This document shows positions 26,578 through 32,148 of a stretch of 32,148 nucleotides of DNA, piece by piece. The stretch is from IMG/VR virus record IMGVR_UViG_3300030330_000369, positions 1 to 32,148 of that record; one strand, given 5' to 3'. Position 1 is the stretch's first letter; each line of letters begins with the position of its first letter. This stretch comes from a virus. Lineage: Duplodnaviria; Caudoviricetes. The position numbers and the translations under genes are program-made. The notes beneath the pieces were generated by a model. It had not been told where the DNA came from, did not search any database, and worked only from the letters and a program-made list of their open reading frames with translations.

Positions 26578-28221
26578 TTAATGAGTTTGTTTCCAATTAT
26601 CACCTACTTTATACTCGCCATCCAAAGGACAATTTAAACGCAGAGCCTTACCAGCCTCTACAATTGCTTTGACACCAAGTTGCCCCACAAGTTTCGCCTC
26701 TTCCTCCTTAACTTCTAGTTGCCATTCATCATGTACATTAGCTACAAAGTGTGCATCTAATTCATGTAGCTTTATGTACTTATCAAATATTACAAGAGCC
26801 TTCTTCATAACTACTGCACCAGCACCTTGAAGTAAAGTATTTAATGCTGCATGTTCTGAACGAATAAATAACCGTCTACCGTCTAGTCCTGGTAGTGAAC
26901 CTTTGTTTCTTAAATTCACAGCTATCTTCTCTTTCAGCTTTGCAAGGGCTGGTACGTTTTTCATAAACTTATCTATGATTACTGTTCCGTTTGTGCCTGT
27001 AATACTACCTATCTTCTTAGCACCCGCACCATACAGAAAAGCATAGATAAAAGTCTTTGCTTTGGCTCTAGTGTCCAGTCCTGCTGCTAACTGATTTTTT
27101 GTATGAATATCGCCATCCACAACCTCCTTTGTATACTCTTCGTCTTCCATGTAATGAGCTAACATTCTTAACTCTAATCCACTAGCATCAATACCGACCA
27201 GCTTATATCCTGAGTCAACAACCCATTGCTCACGACATTCTGAGCCATATTCCGCATGTACTGATGGTATTTGTGCTAGGTTCGGGCTATGGTGTGTCAT
27301 ACGCCCTGTTACTGCTCCGTTTGTTATGACCTTACCATGAACCCTGTGTTGGTTTGTAGCAGCTTCAATCCAAGAGGTAACCTGAGAAAGCCGTTTCTGT
27401 AAGAGTAGATATTCACAGATGAGTTTTGCTTCTGGAATATTAACTCCTCGTAGAACCGATTCATCGACAATGACTGAACCTTTCTCTGTGTACTTCTTTG
27501 GCTTCCATCCAATCCCTTGTAACCTCTTAGATATCTGCTGTCTTGATGCTGGATTAAAAACTTCAACGTAGTCCTTTAGTTGCTTTCCTGTTTTTTCTGA
27601 AACTCGTTTGTGAACAATTGGGCGAAAGGATTCTTGTAGTCTTTCACATATTTCTTCCATTCGTCCTGATAAAACTCCACATAGTCTTTCGCAGCCTTCG
27701 ACATCAAGCCTAAAGCCTCTGCTGACTTGTTTGCTGATAACTGAGCAAACTTCATGTTCGAGTTGTATAGATTCTTCATCAAATCCATGACTTTCTTTCT
27801 CCTTTAAAAGTTGGTTATACACTCTTTCTAATACCTTCACATCATTGACGCAATATTGTCTCATTTCTTCTGAGTATTGATCGAACTGGTTGAACTCTGT
27901 TTTAGGGAATCCTAAATCTTCTCCCCAAGCTGCAAGGCTGTGTTTTGTCCTCATTGGGTTCAGCAATCTGCTTAATACCAGAGTGTCCAAGACCTGATGT
28001 AGCTTGATCTTTAGACCCCACACCTTGTTTAGTACTGGGAAGTCGAACGCTATTCCGTTGTGAGCTACTAAGATTTTTCCCCATATCTCTTTCTTTAGAC
28101 TTCGTGGTTCTCTGTGGCATTTAATTACTCCGTTTGCGTTTGTTACCACCAGATGTATCTTTTGATGACACATCGTTGTCTCTATATCCAGAAATACAAG
28201 GTCTTTCATCTGTCCAATCAT
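26578..28221 (-). CDS. polA: Family A DNA polymerase with 3'-5' exonuclease
   Basis: ExoI DIET, HNGIAFD, motif A DASGLELR, motif B KTFIYAFLYGAG, motif C VHDE. Confidence 0.95.
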   Translation of the reverse strand: MIGQMKDLVFLDIETTMCHQKIHLVVTNANGVIKCHREPRSLKKEIWGKILVAHNGIAFDFPVLNKVWGLKIKLHQVLDTLVLSRLLNPMRTKHSLAAWGEDLGFPKTEFNQFDQYSEEMRQYCVNDVKVLERVYNQLLKEKESHGFDEESIQLEHEVCSVISKQVSRGFRLDVEGCERLCGVLSGRMEEICERLQESFRPIVHKRVSEKTGKQLKDYVEVFNPASRQQISKRLQGIGWKPKKYTEKGSVIVDESVLRGVNIPEAKLICEYLLLQKRLSQVTSWIEAATNQHRVHGKVITNGAVTGRMTHHSPNLAQIPSVHAEYGSECREQWVVDSGYKLVGIDASGLELRMLAHYMEDEEYTKEVVDGDIHTKNQLAAGLDTRAKAKTFIYAFLYGAGAKKIGSITGTNGTVIIDKFMKNVPALAKLKEKIAVNLRNKGSLPGLDGRRLFIRSEHAALNTLLQGAGAVVMKKALVIFDKYIKLHELDAHFVANVHDEWQLEVKEEEAKLVGQLGVKAIVEAGKALRLNCPLDGEYKVGDNWKQTH

Positions 28222-28327
28222 TATGCCCCTCCAGGCGTGATTTTATCGAGCCATCATCAAATAATACATGGTACGTCTTAACTCCATTATTATTTTCAGT
28301 GACACTTAGACTTATCGGTTTGCTCAT
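28121..28327 (-). CDS. Hypothetical 68-aa protein overlapping the polA start
   Basis: ATG 28327 after GAGG and just downstream of a promoter; 3' half overlaps polA by about 100 nt. Confidence 0.4.
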   Translation of the reverse strand: MSKPISLSVTENNNGVKTYHVLFDDGSIKSRLEGHNDWTDERPCISGYRDNDVSSKDTSGGNKRKRSN

Positions 28328-28502
28328 TTTTGTCCTCGTTTGTGTAAGTATCTCCTCTAGCATACCACATGTCGTAGATAGTGTCAATGATTTTAGTGAG
28401 CTTTTGGATTGCTTGTTGTATAAATGTAACATTATTGATTACCCTCACTTGTGTGGTTTCAAGGTGCTGTATTCTAGCCTCTAGTTCCTCTAACTTAGTC
28501 AT
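28296..28502 (-). CDS. Hypothetical coiled-coil protein, 68 aa
   Basis: MTKLEELEARIQHLE...; start reassigned to ATG 28502 after AAGGAG. Confidence 0.65.
   Translation of the reverse strand: MTKLEELEARIQHLETTQVRVINNVTFIQQAIQKLTKIIDTIYDMWYARGDTYTNEDKNEQTDKSKCH
28359..28387 (-). promoter_or_regulatory. Intragenic sigma70-type promoter upstream of polA
   Basis: Minus strand TTGACA (28387-28382), 17 nt ending TGG, TATGCT (28364-28359). Confidence 0.8.
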
Positions 28503-28689
28503 TTTGATAATCTCCTTGAATGGTATCCTCAAACTCAACAGCTTCATTGAGTTCATCGTCTGAGATAGATAGTAATCGTTCTGCAATCGCTTTACGAATT
28601 TCATATGGTGTTATTGTTGTTGTGTCTTCATGTTTATGATTAAGTGAAAAGCATAAACAACCAACGCTGTTAAAAGTCATGGTCTTCAT
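28495..28689 (-). CDS. Hypothetical 64-aa protein
   Basis: MKTMTFNSVG...; start reassigned to ATG 28689 after AAGGAG. Confidence 0.65.
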   Translation of the reverse strand: MKTMTFNSVGCLCFSLNHKHEDTTTITPYEIRKAIAERLLSISDDELNEAVEFEDTIQGDYQND

Positions 28690-28704
28690 TTTGATAATCT
28701 CCTT
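28499..28704 (-). repeat. 19-bp exact repeat of RBS plus start codon (28499-28517 and 28686-28704)
   Basis: Minus strand AAGGAGATTATCAAAATGA at two consecutive gene junctions. Confidence 0.9.
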
Positions 28705-28867
28705 CTGGTAAATCAAAATACTTCTGTTTCGCTACTTTTCTGATAAAGTCATTCATAACGTAAGTGTAGCCTAAATCTGCCAACTTGTTAGAAAAGTCAT
28801 TCACGCTCATTTCAAGAGTTTCGTTGTAGCATTTCTCAATCAATTGATCATTTACAATATGACTCAT
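28670..28867 (-). CDS. Hypothetical 65-aa protein
   Basis: MSHIVNDQLIEKCY...; TGATG coupling to the upstream micro-ORF. Confidence 0.65.
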   Translation of the reverse strand: MSHIVNDQLIEKCYNETLEMSVNDFSNKLADLGYTYVMNDFIRKVAKQKYFDLPEGDYQNEDHDF

Positions 28868-28953
28868 CACTGCCCCCTTTCTAATTCTCTAAGTCTTTCG
28901 TTATGTTCGTAGTACTCGTCCAAATCTACATCTTCCCATTCAAACTCGTCCAT
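28867..28953 (-). CDS. 28-aa acidic microprotein (not in ORF track)
   Basis: MDEFEWEDVDLDEYYEHNERLRELERGQ; GAGGAGG RBS; TGATG overlaps at both ends. Confidence 0.65.
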   Translation of the reverse strand: MDEFEWEDVDLDEYYEHNERLRELERGQ

Positions 28954-30608
28954 CACTTTGCCTCCTCTAAATCTTCTTTAAAAACTTCATTCATACGTCC
29001 AGTGTTACGATCATAATACAACGCACACGCCTTACCTGTCAACCCTGAATATCTATTTTTTATTACTCTTACTCTAGTTGTATGTCTTTCCGTTATATCG
29101 TCAGCTTGACTGTTTCTTTCTAAGCCTAATACCATATCACTAAGCTGACCTATTGCACCAGAACCCCTAAGTTGTGATAAAGAGGTAACACTGCCTTCCT
29201 CATGTCCTGTCCCTGTTGGTCTACGCAAATGTGAAACAGCAAATAACGTGATATCACACTCCTGACATAACATCCTTAACTTTGTGGTAATCTCATCTAA
29301 TGCCCTGCGTTCATCGCCTTGCTGCTGGTCTGAGACCACTATCGAAATATGGTCTAAGAATATGAATTTACAGTCTAATGCTTTTGCCATATAACGTACA
29401 CGATTGATGATATTATCAACGCTTGTAGAGCCAAAAGAATCAAACAAAAACAATCTACCAGTGCCTAAAGTAGCATCAAAAGCAACCTGTTTCTCTTCTT
29501 GTGTTGCTTCTGTTTCATTCAAATGTAAAGGCTTCATTGCGTCCAAACTCATGATTGATAAAGCAGTACGCTTGACAGATTCCTCCAAAAACAATAAACC
29601 AATGTTTTCCTCTGTGGACTTTAGCAGCTTATATATGATCTCTCGTAGAAACTGACTCTTACCTAATCCAGAACCAGCCGTAATGACCACCATTTCGCTA
29701 GAACGAATACCACCAGTTAAATCATTTAATGACCCATAAGGATAGATAGCAATAGACTTTTGAAGTGGCTCCAATACTAATGACTTCAAATCTTTACCCT
29801 TGACAATCCCATCAGGCATAAATACCTGACTCGCCCACCAATCCTCTGTGAAGTGTTTAAACGCTAATTCTGAAGAGTAATCACAAGCATCCTTGTAGCC
29901 CTTCCTCATCTTCATCAATTTAGCTTTATTTGGGAATAGTTCTGCACACTCTAGCTGTGCCTTCTGACCTACATCGTCGTTGTCAAAACAAAACACTATT
30001 TGCGTAAACGATGATAAGTATTCATAGGCATCTTTGCATGACTTGATAGCACTTGCACAACCATCACGAACTGATACTACTGGGAAACGCATATCAGCAC
30101 TTAGCATTTGACTAGATGCCAATGCGTCTAACTCGCCCTCAACAACTGTGATAATCTTAGCACAACCCGCTGGATATACGTCCATTCCAAACAAAGGATT
30201 CTTTTCGCCTTCTCCTGACCAACGGAAACTCTTTTTTTTCCCTCTTATTTTGAAAACGTCTTTACCATACGGATAATAATGTGCATCATTCAAAGCTATT
30301 TTGACACCATATTTTTCTAGTGTGCTTTGTTTGATGTTTCTGTCCAATATGCCCTGTGGCTTGAATACAGGCTCGTCAGCAGCTTTCTGTGCTTTCGGGT
30401 GTATAGCCAGTACTTCAGCACTAGAAACGCTCTGACGGGCTTCTGTGGACTTTTTAGTGGGTTTTATTGGTTTATTGCACTTATAGCAAAAATAATAACT
30501 GCTACCATCGTCTTTTTCATACTCTCCAACGTTGCTGCTTCCGGCTTGAGAACAATCCACAATTTGAGAACATGAAAGATTACGAACAAATTTGCTTTTA
30601 GTTTTCAT
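28953..30608 (-). CDS. T7 gp4-like primase-helicase
   Basis: N-terminal Cys zinc finger, TOPRIM VEGELDA and FDND, Walker A AGSGLGKS, LDHISI, VSHLRR, LRGSGAIGQLSD, KNRYSG. Confidence 0.95.
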   Translation of the reverse strand: MKTKSKFVRNLSCSQIVDCSQAGSSNVGEYEKDDGSSYYFCYKCNKPIKPTKKSTEARQSVSSAEVLAIHPKAQKAADEPVFKPQGILDRNIKQSTLEKYGVKIALNDAHYYPYGKDVFKIRGKKKSFRWSGEGEKNPLFGMDVYPAGCAKIITVVEGELDALASSQMLSADMRFPVVSVRDGCASAIKSCKDAYEYLSSFTQIVFCFDNDDVGQKAQLECAELFPNKAKLMKMRKGYKDACDYSSELAFKHFTEDWWASQVFMPDGIVKGKDLKSLVLEPLQKSIAIYPYGSLNDLTGGIRSSEMVVITAGSGLGKSQFLREIIYKLLKSTEENIGLLFLEESVKRTALSIMSLDAMKPLHLNETEATQEEKQVAFDATLGTGRLFLFDSFGSTSVDNIINRVRYMAKALDCKFIFLDHISIVVSDQQQGDERRALDEITTKLRMLCQECDITLFAVSHLRRPTGTGHEEGSVTSLSQLRGSGAIGQLSDMVLGLERNSQADDITERHTTRVRVIKNRYSGLTGKACALYYDRNTGRMNEVFKEDLEEAK

Positions 30609-30617
30609 AAATTCCTC

Positions 30618-30712
30618 ATTATTTAGACTACATAGTCATAATAATACATAGTAATAATAATCATAATTATAATTATTATAATTACATAATAATATAATTA
30701 CTTAGTAATACC
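30618..30712. other. AT-rich intergenic tract, putative replication origin
   Basis: 30663-30700 is A/T apart from one C; adjacent 16-bp tandem repeat at 30629-30660; directly upstream of primase-helicase. Confidence 0.55.
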
Positions 30713-30733
30713 ATATTTTTGAACAAATGTAAA
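30705..30733 (-). promoter_or_regulatory. sigma70-type promoter upstream of primase-helicase
   Basis: Minus strand TTTACA (30733-30728), 17 nt ending TGG, TATTAC (30710-30705). Confidence 0.55.
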
Positions 30734-30739
30734 TTATAC

Positions 30740-30931
30740 TTAAGTATCACTTAAATGTATATTGTCGTTTATTTCCAACGTTTCAGAGTCCCCAAAGTAT
30801 CCAAAATCATCATCAACCTCTGGTAAAGGTAGACAAGACGCACAAAGCTGCACCAGCTCGTTCGTGTTGCTACCTTTTAAAGAGTCTTCAAAGTTGGTTA
30901 ATTGAATGTTACATGATTTACACCTAGACAT
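30740..30931 (-). CDS. Small CxxC...CxxC zinc-finger protein
   Basis: RCKSC...LCASC; AAGGAGG RBS. Confidence 0.75.
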   Translation of the reverse strand: MSRCKSCNIQLTNFEDSLKGSNTNELVQLCASCLPLPEVDDDFGYFGDSETLEINDNIHLSDT

Positions 30932-31165
30932 TTAAACGCCCTCCTTGTCTTTTGGTAATAGTTTAAAAATATCTTGTATTAATACTTTTGTATGAATTAC
31001 TAACAAAGTACCACCAATAAATATTATGGCACAATGTTTTATTACATCATACAAGCCATAGTTTGCGATATCCGCAAACATACAGCCAGCAGTGAAAAAA
31101 ACTGCTGCTGCCATGATAACCATGCCAGTAACGTCAAAAATCCATTTAATCTTAATCTTTTTCAT
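30932..31165 (-). CDS. Two-TM membrane protein
   Basis: MKKIKIKWIF..., two hydrophobic helices; ATG 31165 after GAGGAGG. Confidence 0.7.
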   Translation of the reverse strand: MKKIKIKWIFDVTGMVIMAAAVFFTAGCMFADIANYGLYDVIKHCAIIFIGGTLLVIHTKVLIQDIFKLLPKDKEGV

Positions 31166-31331
31166 GTTGTTGGTCCTCCTCAAACTCTTTCTCTAATTCA
31201 TCCAAACACTCACGGCATAAGTAGCTGTCAATGTATGTTCCATCGTCCTTATACCTATCAGCCGGTATTCTGTCAATAAATAAACCGCTACCGGCTGAAG
31301 TGTCTCTTTTACACTCTACGCATATTTCCAT
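31152..31331 (-). CDS. 59-aa CxxC...CxxC protein with acidic tail (not in ORF track)
   Basis: MEICVECKRDTSAGSGLFIDRIPADRYKDDGTYIDSYLCRECLDELEKEFEEDQQHEKD; AAGGAG RBS. Confidence 0.75.
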   Translation of the reverse strand: MEICVECKRDTSAGSGLFIDRIPADRYKDDGTYIDSYLCRECLDELEKEFEEDQQHEKD

Positions 31332-31362
31332 TGATTTTTAATGCTCCTTATAAATTAAAATT

Positions 31363-31396
31363 GTATTGAGGGCAATAAGAATATTACCCCCAACAC
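31363..31396 (-). terminator. 15-bp intergenic RNA hairpin (attenuator/terminator or processing site)
   Basis: Minus strand GTGTTGGGGGTAATA-TTCT-TATTGCCCTCAATAC; all three non-Watson-Crick pairs are G-U on the minus strand; followed by AATTTTAATTT. Confidence 0.6.
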
Positions 31397-31421
31397 TACA
31401 TAAAGTAAACACTTTAAAAAC

Positions 31422-31679
31422 TTATTCATAATTACCCCTATTAATTTGCCATCCCACTAAGCCCTGTATGTAGTCTTGATCGACTTCACGGCCAATATCT
31501 TTACCGCCTAAGTATTTATTAATATGTCTTGATGTTGTGGTTGAGTAGTGTTTGCTAGTCCTGAATGCTCCTTTATCGTCCCAGCCAGCCACAGGCGTAG
31601 AATAGCTAAATAATATGGATACACCTTTGTTACCATAACTTAATTCTGTCATATTGCTACCAATTGCTTTTAGTTTCAT
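31422..31679 (-). CDS. Conserved early phage protein of unknown function
   Basis: IGSNMTEL...LFSYSTPVA...YSTTTSRHINKYL; AAGGA RBS. Confidence 0.75.
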   Translation of the reverse strand: MKLKAIGSNMTELSYGNKGVSILFSYSTPVAGWDDKGAFRTSKHYSTTTSRHINKYLGGKDIGREVDQDYIQGLVGWQINRGNYE

Positions 31680-31702
31680 TTTAGTTCCTTTCCTTCCCCT
31701 AT

Positions 31703-32107
31703 TTAAAAATTTCTTGTTACTTCATAAACTACTCTGACTCTTTTTCTTGAATTAGTCTTTACCCAATCCTGAACTTTACCATATAAAACACACGTTACAT
31801 GTTTATCGGTACTAATCAAGTATATTTTATCTTTTGGTAATAGTTTAACAGTCTGATTAAATGTTTTCCAATGATATGTATATATGCCAGTTATCGAGCA
31901 ATTCAAAGATTCTATTGCTTTGAGACAGTCGTCTAAAATAGCACCTTGTTTATGCTTTCTATTATTATCTTTCATAGCCTGATAAGCTTTACCAAAAGAT
32001 ACTTTAGCACTAAGAGCAGTTGCGATTACTGTACAAAAACCCTTGTCTTTGTAAATAACCTTTGCAACCTTTCTTAATTGTTCATAAGTATATTGTCTAC
32101 GTTTCAT
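31703..32107 (-). CDS. Early protein with possible papain-like Cys-His-Asp signature
   Basis: FCTVIATALS...YLISTDKHVTCVLYGKVQDW; GAGG RBS; TATACT -10-like hexamer at 32139-32134. Confidence 0.65.
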   Translation of the reverse strand: MKRRQYTYEQLRKVAKVIYKDKGFCTVIATALSAKVSFGKAYQAMKDNNRKHKQGAILDDCLKAIESLNCSITGIYTYHWKTFNQTVKLLPKDKIYLISTDKHVTCVLYGKVQDWVKTNSRKRVRVVYEVTRNF

Positions 32108-32148
32108 AATATCCTCATATAATGTTATTCACTAGTATACCCTTAAAG

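Noticed and set aside
27324-28120. Same-strand alternative-frame ORFs within polA
   Set aside because: Short, no recognisable motifs or RBS; the polA frame is intact
30231-30240. A-AAA-AAG-type slippery run in the primase-helicase gene (minus strand)
   Set aside because: Lys-codon runs are common in this AT-rich genome; no stimulatory structure or useful alternative frame identified
31248-31276. TTGACA-17 nt-TATAAG on the minus strand
   Set aside because: The -10 lacks the conserved final T and there is no extended TG; too weak to call
1-32148. CRISPR array, diversity-generating retroelement, tRNA, integrase, intron/intein or stop-codon reassignment
   Set aside because: No spaced repeat array, RT or recombinase motifs, or cloverleaf seen; core genes are uninterrupted and all three stop codons end genes normally

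Overview
This window is most of the genome of an AT-rich, probably lytic podovirus with T7-like replication genes and two converging arms. The + strand (1-20977) runs: terminase large subunit (partial), portal, scaffold, major capsid, decoration and fibre genes, a 2OG-Fe(II) oxygenase, a cluster of small Lys/Arg-rich genes, tail tube/nozzle, three large internal virion proteins, holin and an M15 endolysin. The - strand (32148-20958) runs: small early genes, an AT-rich putative origin, primase-helicase, Tyr762-type PolA, SSB, 5'-3' exonuclease, resolvase-like nuclease, metallophosphoesterase, DUF3310 and a class II (B12-dependent) ribonucleotide reductase. I see no RNA polymerase, integrase, tRNA, CRISPR array or reverse transcriptase. 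Four near-consensus sigma70 promoters with extended -10 elements are visible, three of them overlapping coding sequence. The layout resembles RNAP-less aquatic podoviruses such as Zobellviridae/cobaviruses (inference). Eight small ORFs missing from the supplied track were found by manual translation. The main leads are: (1) two distant short structural proteins ending in the same IEGGTYS peptide, suggesting a modular fibre docking system; (2) six highly basic microproteins interrupted by a 26-aa membrane peptide; (3) an identical 19-bp translation-initiation block at two consecutive gene junctions; (4) an RBS-occluding hairpin before the scaffold gene. Family names come from recognising motifs by eye, not from database searches.
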